Source of the DNA: a virus
Lineage: Duplodnaviria > Caudoviricetes
Virus record (IMG/VR): IMGVR_UViG_3300027815_000237
Location: 1-63,328 of that record
Strand: one strand, 5' to 3'
Length of the DNA: 63,328 bases
The first letter of the stretch is position 1. Each line of letters starts with the position of its first letter. The translations under genes were made by a program, and so were the position numbers. Positions 37,101 to 46,435 of this stretch are shown here, in pieces. A model generated the notes under the pieces. That model saw only the letters and a program-made list of their open reading frames with translations, did no database searches and was not told the DNA's origin.

Positions 37101-39527
37101 GCTGGTGATAAGTTTTGGTTCACCTTTCAAGACCCGCGAGACATTCCAGATCAGGTCCAATGGATTAAAGATAATGGGTTCGGTGGGATCGGTCTCTATG
37201 ATATGACGGCGGACATGGTGAACACAGCTCCATACGGTCAGACCAATCCAATCATCAATGCCTTTATCAATGCTCTTGGAAATAGTCTCATCATACAGGC
37301 ACCGGCGACCCCTGTTCCAAACACCATTGCGGGCGATCCAAATAATCAGCCGAAGACGAACATACAACTCTCGTGGTCGGAGCCATCCGGGGCAACCGGC
37401 TATCATTTCACTCTGAGTACGGACAGTTTATTCCTTGCGCCAAATATTATTGATGAACAGAATTATCCGACGGCATCTATTTTTGTCGGTAGCAATCCAT
37501 ATCCGTCCCTGGGTTACTCGACACGCTACTATTGGAGAGTTGCTGCCGTTAATATAGCGGGGTCGAGCGGATTCTCCTCAGTGCAGACTTTCAAAATCCA
37601 GGCAGATCCGAATGTAGCAATCTTCGTTCCGCCAATTCCGGTCTTGGTGACCCCAGCCAATAATGCGACTAACCAACAGACAACATTGATCTTAACTGTT
37701 TCCAAGGCGGGGGCCGGGGATACGGTCACTTCCTTCAACATCAAAATGGCAAGTGATACCAATTTTGTCAGCGTGATCTTGGATGATAGTCTGATCTCTT
37801 TGCCAGTGGGACAGACTTCTGCCTCGCGTACTGTTACGAGTCTTTCACAAGGGACCGCTTATTATTGGAAAGCGCGAGCCAGAAATGTGGTCGGATACAG
37901 TGCGTTCACTGCCTTCCGCAAATTTACCACAGCGGTGGCGGCACAAATTGTAGCGTTTAAGATAGGTAACGAATTGGTATTCGATCCAACACAACCTGGG
38001 TTCGCTCTTCGAACGCCGGTGCGTCGTTCTCTCACGGATGTTGATCCATCGCTCTGGACACTGCCGGATTCCAATGAAGTTGGCTGGTACGGTCGCGGTT
38101 TCATTCTGAGAGACGGAAGAAAATTTGATCTGACTTCCGCCGTCTCTGGGATGAATTACCAGCAGATCATCGCTGAACTGAATAAGACGAACCCGACATG
38201 GACAAACTACAATGTCTTTGCGGGTGGTCTCTCAATCAGTTATGCCGGTAATACGCTTGCCACCTTTGATGGGAATGGTGCCACGCTAACAAATCTCAGT
38301 GTCAATGCTCCGGCAAGATTCAACGGCTTGACGACCTTGGCAGGCGGTGTTGTCCTCGACAGTATCATTGCCTCCATTCCTTCGGTGGGGATCATCCTAC
38401 GGAGCAATCAATTATATTTTTCCGACGGCGGCAATAAAGCTCTGTCTATGATAAATGCCGTGACGACACCCGGAGATACCCTAACCATTATAGGACAACG
38501 TGGTGGTTTTAATCAGCGCGGTGGGAATTTGGTACTCTGGGGCGGGAGTGGTTTTAACTCCGGCCAGGGGGGTGATCTTATCCTCCGAGGTGGCAAGGAT
38601 GGTGGATTGAATAGCGGATGGGGTAAAACTATCATTCAAGGTACGTTCCAGTTCATCAACGGCAATCAGGGCGCTGGTAAGTATCTCACATCAGATGCCT
38701 CCGGCAATATTGATTTCACGAGTACATCTGGTTCGCTCGCCGATTCGACGCGGAAAGTCCCATCCCTGAAAGACTTTTACAGATTTGCCGAGGATTGGAA
38801 TGTAACGGGAACTGGGGGTTTTAGCGTTGCTGGTACAAATTCCAACACGTTCGACAATAGATGGGTTGCCGTTCTCGGCGGAGCAGCTCACAGTGGGAAT
38901 ATCATCACCGTTGACATAGATACCGTGGGAGTTGTTGATAGCAGCGAATGTTCAATCGTCAAATTTACGATGGGCGGCGTAGACTCTACAATGGGTACGG
39001 GCGTAGTGGCAACCCTGATCCCATCCGGACGGGGAAGTACAACAAAAAATAGTTTGTATCTGAGGAAAATGGGTCTCACAATGAACGTCAAGTTCAGTAT
39101 GCCGGCTACTACGGCTGGTATGGATTCAGATGGAGTGATTTGGGGATTCACCGGAAGTACAACGGACGGCGAAGATTATAGCAATACAAACAGTGCGGGA
39201 GTTTACTTGCAATATGCGAACAAACTTGCCGGTGGTTCACAAGACAGTATCTATGCTGTTGTGGCGAGCGGAAGCGCAAAGACCAAGAAGGGAACGATAA
39301 AGCCAACAACCTCTCAGACTATCACTTCATCTATTTGGATCAGCGCCACTGGTTTTAACTTTAAAGTCAACTCAACGATAATTACAATACCATGGTCGGA
39401 TGCCAACGTACCAAGTACCACTCAACGAGCGACTCCCATACTTTCAACGATCCAATATGGGCAAGCAACGTCCGGAAAAGTCTTTAGACATTACTACTAC
39501 GAGTATTATTTTCCAACTTCACGATGA
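34116..39527 (+). CDS. 1803-aa secreted-type protein: 2x(beta-sandwich+Ig), GH18-like barrel, 2xFN3, fibre-like C-terminus
   Basis: MRRLILILLFLSSSFAAA|Q; FDGVDINWE; YYWRVAAVN and YYWKARARN FN3 motifs; NQGAGKYLTSDASG fibre motif. Confidence 0.85.
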   Translation: MRRLILILLFLSSSFAAAQTLQSTDSFDTTVTANINGRRKWLGAGGTGLYIQTNGDSTIMAFSATAGTYAAAAWDSLITGPSMFQMRVASLGSITSGPAFYFYSYVPGFVFTNWTGYRIQWIHDGPPDHLQIERVTGGTTRVILGTISRSLAVNDTIRMYEHGANWRSVTLVRAGVTLDSLAVRDTIYNYNVTNGRWGIRGWWYSTGVQRMDDMAIYGLPLPPTRDTVPPVIVTLQEQPTNPDSTKTILINLRATDVYGLDSLYIRFGTAETGTMGDSLVLKCGTTKDTTLTLTLTPKRTGLYIYQARVRDDTGNVTTSSTLQFQVFPKILTIHRLYDDFDTLATPTVSGVRKKYVNLTNQSGSSATMQINADSTISPRNLSAGVFPGAVAIDSLLSGRVVVGFILKQKGDLQDNSAYIYLRMSGKDFATSTGYRLKILNQPVGTGTGIDILEIDNVTPPNNSLLVSKQIEFANGDTIYFKTYTGTNALVGLVRGTRSGVPFADSITAIGNSYTPASWYAWIRAFVEPTTTKIDNLYLDTLAGPPPPPVTTRDTIPPVFLSKGLSASLIDTSLKFNVSARIIDDTVSYFYSHIPSHGLDSIWMGIYTVPTNTLYEQKGWKISNVYATSFDTTVYSDSVKRPSGIYKVRFWTRDDSGNVATDSMQFNVALGGARWLTTYYNTWQMQTGGPYYSLQPWKINWAGITHVIEGGNPNIQATYPFLTLFAGGVAGDSLEWAYGSQRNPAIAMRDSLIKYAHLQGTKVLQQIVAIGSGGTALNTITLDSATTESMCRRIAQFVQLHGFDGVDINWETSLGTKTQTSLLFRRMRANLDAITTGSGGRATIHISPLSGGWGSYDAAVANVTLDQIDPQLYDMSAAWGGSYNVNWFLNPLHKGTTYAVFNGEAYDTRGPLQWVANGFKKNIMGSLMAVMGRNFVGSDVLFGGPYAGWGQDMVHFQNVSILKGQGYAETYDTARHAHTIHGTATANYSNRNMTLTAGDKFWFTFQDPRDIPDQVQWIKDNGFGGIGLYDMTADMVNTAPYGQTNPIINAFINALGNSLIIQAPATPVPNTIAGDPNNQPKTNIQLSWSEPSGATGYHFTLSTDSLFLAPNIIDEQNYPTASIFVGSNPYPSLGYSTRYYWRVAAVNIAGSSGFSSVQTFKIQADPNVAIFVPPIPVLVTPANNATNQQTTLILTVSKAGAGDTVTSFNIKMASDTNFVSVILDDSLISLPVGQTSASRTVTSLSQGTAYYWKARARNVVGYSAFTAFRKFTTAVAAQIVAFKIGNELVFDPTQPGFALRTPVRRSLTDVDPSLWTLPDSNEVGWYGRGFILRDGRKFDLTSAVSGMNYQQIIAELNKTNPTWTNYNVFAGGLSISYAGNTLATFDGNGATLTNLSVNAPARFNGLTTLAGGVVLDSIIASIPSVGIILRSNQLYFSDGGNKALSMINAVTTPGDTLTIIGQRGGFNQRGGNLVLWGGSGFNSGQGGDLILRGGKDGGLNSGWGKTIIQGTFQFINGNQGAGKYLTSDASGNIDFTSTSGSLADSTRKVPSLKDFYRFAEDWNVTGTGGFSVAGTNSNTFDNRWVAVLGGAAHSGNIITVDIDTVGVVDSSECSIVKFTMGGVDSTMGTGVVATLIPSGRGSTTKNSLYLRKMGLTMNVKFSMPATTAGMDSDGVIWGFTGSTTDGEDYSNTNSAGVYLQYANKLAGGSQDSIYAVVASGSAKTKKGTIKPTTSQTITSSIWISATGFNFKVNSTIITIPWSDANVPSTTQRATPILSTIQYGQATSGKVFRHYYYEYYFPTSR

Positions 39528-39988
39528 AGCCCTACATTGACATATTCCTCTCTCGCCCCGGCCTTGTCCTGATTCTCGGCGCAGGCATGTTGTTCCTGTC
39601 GTGGAGTTCGGCGCATCTCATTGCGTTCATATTCATCTACACCGCTTACGATGTCTTGGGTTTTAGAGACATAGACCAGGGACGCGGGAGTGAAGAATAC
39701 CGGATCATTCAAGGCATGTTCAAGATTGCCATCCTTGCCGTAGTCGGTTTTCTTACTGGTTGGTTAACCGTAGCGGCCTGCGTCGTGGCGTGGTATCTAC
39801 TCGCGTGCGATGTTCTCTACTATTGGTGTATCGCAACTCCACTGGATGATTTTACATGGTTCTTGGGTAGCCCCGTACCTTTCGTCTACAATGTTGTATT
39901 CAAGGTCCCGGCCCCGGCTTGGGCGGTGCGAATTTCCGCAATTGTGGGAACGATAATTGGCCTCTTCTTAATAATCAATTATGGATAA
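39524..39988 (+). CDS. Multi-pass membrane protein
   Basis: 4-5 hydrophobic helices; coupled to previous gene (ATGA). Confidence 0.7.
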   Translation: MKPYIDIFLSRPGLVLILGAGMLFLSWSSAHLIAFIFIYTAYDVLGFRDIDQGRGSEEYRIIQGMFKIAILAVVGFLTGWLTVAACVVAWYLLACDVLYYWCIATPLDDFTWFLGSPVPFVYNVVFKVPAPAWAVRISAIVGTIIGLFLIINYG

Positions 39989-39996
39989 GATCAGAC

Positions 39997-40239
39997 ATGA
40001 ATGGAGATTCCCCTGTTACGTGGCACGACTTCCAAAAGCACTTGGAAAGCTCGTCACAAATGGCCGACGAAGGCTTCCAGCGTCTTACAACCGTTGAAGT
40101 GGAAGTGAAACAGATCAAGATCACAGTCCAAGATAACGGTGAACAGATACGTGCTCTTCAGAAAACGGTCTGGATGGCATCCGGTATGATTGTGGCGATT
40201 GTCACCCTCGTACAATTAGTGGTAAACGCGCTGAAATAA
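39997..40239 (+). CDS. XhlA/holin-like protein
   Basis: Coiled coil (RLTTVEVEVKQI) plus C-terminal TM helix. Confidence 0.6.
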   Translation: MNGDSPVTWHDFQKHLESSSQMADEGFQRLTTVEVEVKQIKITVQDNGEQIRALQKTVWMASGMIVAIVTLVQLVVNALK

Positions 40240-40256
40240 TCATGTAGATAGATTCC

Positions 40257-40616
40257 GTGGACTCTCTCAAGAAAATACTGATGTGGGTTATTGTTTCGAT
40301 CGACGGACTGGGTTTCGTGCTTGGATTTTATCTCGTCTTGCACGGCATGTTTCATCCCACGGATCATACGGGTCATGCGGAAGTCTCAATCCCATTTATT
40401 GGCTCACTTAGTGGTAGCGAGCCAATGGTGATGATCTTTAGTGGATTTGGCTTCATGGTCATCTTCGGCGCTCACTTGTTCAAACTGTACAAAGGTCTGA
40501 CGTGGAAAGCTGTTGCGATAGAAGGGACTGGACAAGTCAAGCGTTGGAGCTCGAGGATAACTGAGGCTGGGAAACAAATAGCACGTCTGAAAAGGCAAAA
40601 CAGGAAAGGAGAATAA
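40257..40616 (+). CDS. Two-TM membrane protein
   Basis: Two hydrophobic helices, basic tail. Confidence 0.6.
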   Translation: MDSLKKILMWVIVSIDGLGFVLGFYLVLHGMFHPTDHTGHAEVSIPFIGSLSGSEPMVMIFSGFGFMVIFGAHLFKLYKGLTWKAVAIEGTGQVKRWSSRITEAGKQIARLKRQNRKGE

Positions 40617-40617
40617 T

Positions 40618-41100
40618 GTGGCTGCGTTTGGTAATGCGATTAGCGATTTTCAAGTAGTAGCACAATCTTCCTACGGGTATATCATCGCAATCGATCTCTC
40701 GGCAAATCGGATGCGCCAGGTAACTCAACTCCAGATGATGACTGCCTCTCTCGTATTTGGAACGCCGATCATTAGTCCCGTCAATATCGAGGTCCTGCTC
40801 GGGTATCTTGCCTCATCCGCGGCGCCATCGGTTGCATTCACGCAGACGAACACAACACTCTACGTGTTCATTAAGGCAACGTCTTACCCGATTGCAAATG
40901 CGAATCGGATCGGGTTATTCTATGATGCGAATTACACCCCGGGTGAGTTAACCACAGATACCCTTGACATTCCGGTGGAAGCGAGGGGATTGCTTCGAGC
41001 CCTTACACTGAAGAACATCAAGGTCAATGCAGGCAAAAGGATCGAGTTCGATGTTTCTCAAGCGATCGTCAGAGAAAAACGAAAACTGGGGCTGACCTAA
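40618..41100 (+). CDS. Head-tail connector-like protein
   Basis: Position; DTLDIP motif near C-terminus. Confidence 0.45.
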   Translation: MAAFGNAISDFQVVAQSSYGYIIAIDLSANRMRQVTQLQMMTASLVFGTPIISPVNIEVLLGYLASSAAPSVAFTQTNTTLYVFIKATSYPIANANRIGLFYDANYTPGELTTDTLDIPVEARGLLRALTLKNIKVNAGKRIEFDVSQAIVREKRKLGLT

Positions 41101-41101
41101 G

Positions 41102-41722
41102 ATGGGAAGAACGGACATTATTATCAGCAAGCTCGTTCGGCGGCTCAAGGGACTCAAAGTTGACCCGATGCCTCGGACGGATGAACTGTTGTCACTGCTT
41201 AGTGATGCTCAGCTTGAGGTGGCCCAACGTGGACTTGCAATAAAAGCGGAGATCACATTTTACACCGAAGCCGCAGAGGATGTTTATGACCTTGGTACAA
41301 AGATTTTTCGGATTCGTAAACTCATTGAGCCAACGACATGGACAACTCCCGTAGAAATCATCAACAACGAAGAGAGATGGAGTGAGATTGTACGTTCACA
41401 GTCCTTGGGTGAGGTGACGCCGCAACCACTTTATGCAACGGTCTGGAATGGCCGCCTGAAGTTCTGGCCAACTCCAACTGTAACGGGAGAAGAGATTGAA
41501 GTTTTTCTCTATCTTTTGCCTTCGAGATTGATTGATGAGGGAACAGACCCGGAGGTTGATCTTACGTGGGACAACTGCCTTGAGTATGGAGTCTTAGATG
41601 ATCTCATGGGTGGAGATTGGACGGTGAAATACGAAAATGAGTTATCACGGCTCGGACAGCAGAACATAAGAGAAGCACTTGCTCCGACGCGCATCAAACA
41701 CTGGTCAGAAATCGGGTTTTAA
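41102..41722 (+). CDS. Phage adaptor / tail tubular protein A-like
   Basis: ELLSLLSDAQ, YDL, LKFWPTP, DPEVD..WDNCLEYG pattern. Confidence 0.7.
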   Translation: MGRTDIIISKLVRRLKGLKVDPMPRTDELLSLLSDAQLEVAQRGLAIKAEITFYTEAAEDVYDLGTKIFRIRKLIEPTTWTTPVEIINNEERWSEIVRSQSLGEVTPQPLYATVWNGRLKFWPTPTVTGEEIEVFLYLLPSRLIDEGTDPEVDLTWDNCLEYGVLDDLMGGDWTVKYENELSRLGQQNIREALAPTRIKHWSEIGF

Positions 41723-42583
41723 ATGGCCACTACACGGTTCAACAATAACATCCTTCTTGCGGCACGCCGATTACAGGACGTGCGTACTGATCCATCACCT
41801 ACGGGTGACAGTGGACGACGGCACAAGAGCGCCCTGTTACAGGATTACCAGAACAGAGCCATCCGAGAGATCATTTTCGATGCGTATAAGAGTCTCGGAC
41901 GGGGCTTCGGAAGCATGATCCCTGAGTACGTGAGGACGAGCGGGATATTGACTGTCTCAGGGGCACAGGCGACACGTCCGGCGGACTCTTGGATCGTAAC
42001 GGAGTTGATCGACAGTGCGAAAACGCTGAAATTCGTGCCTATTTCGGATGATGAAGTTTTTGACGTGACGGTTGGGAAGAGAACATTGATTGTCCCGAGT
42101 AATAGTCGCCCGTGCTTCTATCAGGAAGGGGATAAAGTTGTTATTCTGCCTTCATCGACATCAATCACCGGCGTAATAGCCAGATATATCCGGGTTCATC
42201 AGGATATCGTCGTCAATACATCGTTGTCAACGGATGGCAATTACCTTCTCACTGCTCCAGCCGCGTGGACCGCTGCTACACGCCAATTGACAGCGACAAT
42301 GGGCTTTCCTTTCGCTATTGCGGATATCAATAAGCTGATTATGTTCAAAAATGCCGGGATTGTCTATTCAGGACGAATAGAGGCATGGATATCAGCGGTC
42401 ATCGTGACAGTTATTGGTGACGGCCTGCCCACAGGGAACCTTGCAGCGGTTGACACAGTGCTTGTTGGGGACAATTCACCCGATGCGTCGGATCTCATTT
42501 TGAAAGCCACATGGGATTCTGTTATTGTCGACAAGATGGTGCAATATGCCACGCTTGATGCCGTGAGGAATAAGGATGCCTGA
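41723..42583 (+). CDS. Second adaptor-like protein
   Basis: LQDYQNRA, PSNSRP, DLIL..WDSVIVD pattern. Confidence 0.55.
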   Translation: MATTRFNNNILLAARRLQDVRTDPSPTGDSGRRHKSALLQDYQNRAIREIIFDAYKSLGRGFGSMIPEYVRTSGILTVSGAQATRPADSWIVTELIDSAKTLKFVPISDDEVFDVTVGKRTLIVPSNSRPCFYQEGDKVVILPSSTSITGVIARYIRVHQDIVVNTSLSTDGNYLLTAPAAWTAATRQLTATMGFPFAIADINKLIMFKNAGIVYSGRIEAWISAVIVTVIGDGLPTGNLAAVDTVLVGDNSPDASDLILKATWDSVIVDKMVQYATLDAVRNKDA

Positions 42584-45533
42584 GCCCCTGCAGACAATAA
42601 TTCATAAGGAGTTTCTCGGGCTCAGGTCGAGTATTGCCGATCCCCCGTCGAACTCCGCAAAGAATATGTCCAACCTGGTTCTTCACCGGAGGCGGGGAAT
42701 CCTCGAACAGGCAGACGGTTACGGATTGAAATTCCCCGATGGAGTAACGGATCTCCCGCAAGTAACCGATGCGACAAAGCCGAACTACATTGATCCCGCC
42801 ATTCACAAGATCACCGCGCTTACGTGGGAGAACATCCACAACTTCTTCGTACCGGATCATGGTGGACGAAACATCACTGTCGCCGTGGGGAAATACACAA
42901 AGGCGAGTTTCTTCCCAATCAGTCTAAGCACAGATCAGTTCGGTATCTGGGTGAGACCATGGTATGACTCAGTGCAGGAGTTGTGGTCGGATGATCCGGG
43001 GTGGAATGCCACATTGCCGCGCTGGCAAGAACTCACAGAGTTTCAAGTGTTTGAGCTGTTGGGCCTTCAGAACGGAAGCGTTTTCACTCTACAAGTAGAC
43101 GGTGTCACATTCGCAAACGACACAAGCATCGGAATATCCGGATGGATCAACTTTGTCAATGCAAAGCTCGATGATAGTATTGCCACCTATTGTTGGGTGG
43201 ATGATGACAATAGAGCGTCTAATTATTTAATGGTCGGCGGAATTAACTTGGCCACCCTTCTCCCCGCCGGATCAACCATTGCAGGAATTGAAGTTTACAT
43301 CAAACGCAGACGAAGCGTCGGCAACAACCGCGAATTCATAGATGTCGCGCGACTCACCAAAAATGGTGTTTTGGCCGGCCCTCAGAAGAACGGTTCTTTG
43401 TGGCCGGAGACTTATGAGACATTCCGTTACGGTAGTCCAACCGATAATTGGAATGCGGGGATCACGCAAGCGGACACTCTGGGTGTTGCGATATCGGGAG
43501 GCTACCTTGCAGGTCGGCATCTTTCAACGACTGCCGAAATTGACCACGTTTATTTTAAGATATACTATTATTCGGGGAGCGATGCTTTTAGGTTGACCGT
43601 CAACACTACCGGTACAAAATATCGCTTCCGCGAGATCGACGTAATTAACAAGGTGTTCAATGACGATTACTTCAAGGATTGGACGTTGGTGTATAACCAG
43701 TTGGAGGATTCGGAGAACTACGACCTTATTCGTAATTGTGGGTATGATGGTGCTGACTACTTTCTTGAACTGTTTCACCCCAATAGTGATTTTGCGAGTA
43801 GAACCCCGGGGACTAAGCTCATCGCCTATCGCAATTTTATCTTTGCCCGATTCCCTCTTGACATTTCCTCATTCATCTACAATCTTCTTGCTGAAATAAG
43901 ACTTACTACTGGTAATGGGACTGGCGATATCAGCGTTATGGCGGGGTTTAGGACAAAGAGTTTGACAGTAATTGACCAATCAACATCTCTGCAATATCCG
44001 CTGAGAACAGATGCGTTGGTGTGTGATGCTCAGACAATGGATTTTTGGAGATATGCGACACTCGTAGCTATCAATCTTGCATCATTTGCTCCCGCCGCAG
44101 ATCCACTACCCGCAAAGACATATCACGTGAAATATGCTCTTAGGTTGGATGATGCGTCCATAACTCGGCTCTATGATGCAAAATCGGTAAATGCCGGGGT
44201 GTTTACCGACGTGAATAATGTTGTACTGGATGGGAGTCGGGCACTTGAAATAAATGTGTACCGGAGCTTTGGTGCCTTTCCTCGAAGAGGTAAATCCGTT
44301 GTTGTTTTCGTGAGTGACGACAACCTGCAATTCGCTCAGGTGTCGGAGATTGATCTCACGGTCGCCGCTACATTTAATGCCGTGAGTGTTGCCAATCTAC
44401 CGACAGGGAAGCACTTTTACGCAGTCGGCCAGACAAGGATCACCAAATCTATGTGGGCTTCTGATAACCCCGAAAGCACCATATGGACAGACAAGGCGGA
44501 TGAAGATGACGGAATCATCCGCTATAAACACGGCCTCGTACTAGCTCCAAACATCTATGCGGTCGGCGTGAGAGATGCTTCACTCGACAAGGTTCTTCCG
44601 AATCAGATATTCGTAAGTGCCATCGCGGGTGATGGTGCTCGTCAATACGATGTCTTCCCGAATGACCCGACGCACGTTATTGATCTTGAGTTTTCCGATG
44701 GTGATGAGGTCGTAGGTTTGGCATCGATCGATCAAACGATCATAGCGATAAAACGCCGGGCAATTGTGGCCGTAAGCAAAGATAGGACGCTCGGATATGT
44801 CAGGCAGTTCGTAACAAGAGGGTACGGTATCGCATCAGTCCGAACGCTGGTCTCCTGGGATGATTTGCTTTACTGGTTGGACTATAACGGAGTCATCCGT
44901 TTCTCTACGCGGGGAATCAATGTCGTGAACTATGCTTGGCTTCAAGACCTTCGCAATATGAGCGATATAGTTAAAGAAGCCGCGTTTGCCGTTATTGACA
45001 GGGTGAACAGGCAGTATCGTCTTACCTTGAATGGGCGGATGTATATCATGGACCTCGACACGGGAGAATGGACGATTGAGGATTATGTCCTTCTCCCGGA
45101 GAGATTTGCAGTTAATGTCGATGGTGTGATCGATTTCATTAACGGGAATTCCCTTGAATCTCTCTCTCTTGGCAGCGGTCAACAGGATGGAAGTAATTTC
45201 TCCGTGCTTTATGAAACAAACGAAGTCCAACACCCTGAATCAGACGAGGATATTGATTTGAACGTGATAGCTCTCTACGTTCGCTATCAGAGTGACGTTG
45301 ATCTGACGCTTAGGCTGTTCAAGAATGCCACAACAGAAGAAATAGGTGGCTCTCCGTGGACCTTGCTAAAGGCACAGACCCGGGTAAGAGTAAAGCCGAT
45401 TGAGGCAAGATGTTCTTCGTTCAGGTTGCAGTTATCGGCAACGACAACTGCCACAAACCAGAACATCTCAATCTTGAGATTGGGTGCGAAGTATCAATCA
45501 ATCGCGGCAGGCGGAACGGAGCTGACAGAATGA
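42576..45533 (+). CDS. Tail nozzle / tubular protein B (P22 gp10-like)
   Basis: 985 aa beta-rich; FLGL..NMSN start, DGDEVVGL, GIAS..T, LYWLDYNGV. Confidence 0.7.
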   Translation: MPEPLQTIIHKEFLGLRSSIADPPSNSAKNMSNLVLHRRRGILEQADGYGLKFPDGVTDLPQVTDATKPNYIDPAIHKITALTWENIHNFFVPDHGGRNITVAVGKYTKASFFPISLSTDQFGIWVRPWYDSVQELWSDDPGWNATLPRWQELTEFQVFELLGLQNGSVFTLQVDGVTFANDTSIGISGWINFVNAKLDDSIATYCWVDDDNRASNYLMVGGINLATLLPAGSTIAGIEVYIKRRRSVGNNREFIDVARLTKNGVLAGPQKNGSLWPETYETFRYGSPTDNWNAGITQADTLGVAISGGYLAGRHLSTTAEIDHVYFKIYYYSGSDAFRLTVNTTGTKYRFREIDVINKVFNDDYFKDWTLVYNQLEDSENYDLIRNCGYDGADYFLELFHPNSDFASRTPGTKLIAYRNFIFARFPLDISSFIYNLLAEIRLTTGNGTGDISVMAGFRTKSLTVIDQSTSLQYPLRTDALVCDAQTMDFWRYATLVAINLASFAPAADPLPAKTYHVKYALRLDDASITRLYDAKSVNAGVFTDVNNVVLDGSRALEINVYRSFGAFPRRGKSVVVFVSDDNLQFAQVSEIDLTVAATFNAVSVANLPTGKHFYAVGQTRITKSMWASDNPESTIWTDKADEDDGIIRYKHGLVLAPNIYAVGVRDASLDKVLPNQIFVSAIAGDGARQYDVFPNDPTHVIDLEFSDGDEVVGLASIDQTIIAIKRRAIVAVSKDRTLGYVRQFVTRGYGIASVRTLVSWDDLLYWLDYNGVIRFSTRGINVVNYAWLQDLRNMSDIVKEAAFAVIDRVNRQYRLTLNGRMYIMDLDTGEWTIEDYVLLPERFAVNVDGVIDFINGNSLESLSLGSGQQDGSNFSVLYETNEVQHPESDEDIDLNVIALYVRYQSDVDLTLRLFKNATTEEIGGSPWTLLKAQTRVRVKPIEARCSSFRLQLSATTTATNQNISILRLGAKYQSIAAGGTELTE

Positions 45534-45775
45534 AGAGACTGGTGAATTTTGGAGCGTATGAATCTGAACTACACAAAACTACAACATTTGAAGAAGCGAA
45601 ACCAATTTTAATTGATTTCATCAAGAACGTGCAAAAACAAGTTGACGACATTCTGAGCAATGCGCTCGGGAAGGAAGACGTTGGGACTGTGAGTGATGAG
45701 TTTACGTCAAACGATACGCCGACCAAAACGGTTACGGTATCGAACGGCATCGTGACAAATATTAAAAAGGTGTAG
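45530..45775 (+). CDS. Small tail-associated protein
   Basis: KTVTVSNGIVT C-terminal motif; coupled (ATGA). Confidence 0.55.
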   Translation: MKRLVNFGAYESELHKTTTFEEAKPILIDFIKNVQKQVDDILSNALGKEDVGTVSDEFTSNDTPTKTVTVSNGIVTNIKKV

Positions 45776-45777
45776 CT

Positions 45778-46425
45778 ATGGGATTATTTGACACAGAAAG
45801 AGGGACAACTGGGAGAGATATGTTTAGGAGAAATCTCAGTGGATACGATGACCTGATAAATGCGATCCTCGGATCGAGATCTGAATTTGAGGGAATCAAC
45901 ACGACGGGCGACATAGGCAAGAAATTCGGTCTTTCATCCGATGTCTCCGGGGTTTACGCTCCTCAACGGAGGAATCTTGCCACAAGTTATGCTAAGAGAC
46001 AGAAGGACATCGCGTCGAGTGCCGGCAGATCTGCACAGACACAATTCGCATCTCTTCCGGCACAGCAGGATTACTTCCAATCACTCAATACGCTCGGCTC
46101 ACAGGAAGCCCAGGCCACACTCGGACAACAAGATAAAATCGCTCAACTATTGGAGCGTATCCTCGGCAATCGGGAGGGGTTCGGGGAAAGAAGACGTGGG
46201 GCTACCGGCGGTGCTCTCAGCGCAAGACAGGGGGCCACGGAGGATTATGTGAACACGCTCTCGGACTCTTCTTTCTTCGACGACCTTCTTGCAGGTCTCG
46301 GTGGCGGGGCAGATCTGCTCGGTTCTGGTCTGTTGGATTTGCTTAAAGGTTCTCCTAAAACCAAGAAAACCAATGAAAACATGGGAACTAAAGTCGAGTC
46401 GGATTACAACCCATTGTTTACGTAA
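45778..46425 (+). CDS. Putative ejection (internal virion) protein 1
   Basis: Gly/Ala/Gln-rich helical protein after nozzle. Confidence 0.55.
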   Translation: MGLFDTERGTTGRDMFRRNLSGYDDLINAILGSRSEFEGINTTGDIGKKFGLSSDVSGVYAPQRRNLATSYAKRQKDIASSAGRSAQTQFASLPAQQDYFQSLNTLGSQEAQATLGQQDKIAQLLERILGNREGFGERRRGATGGALSARQGATEDYVNTLSDSSFFDDLLAGLGGGADLLGSGLLDLLKGSPKTKKTNENMGTKVESDYNPLFT

Positions 46426-46435
46426 AGGATAAGGT

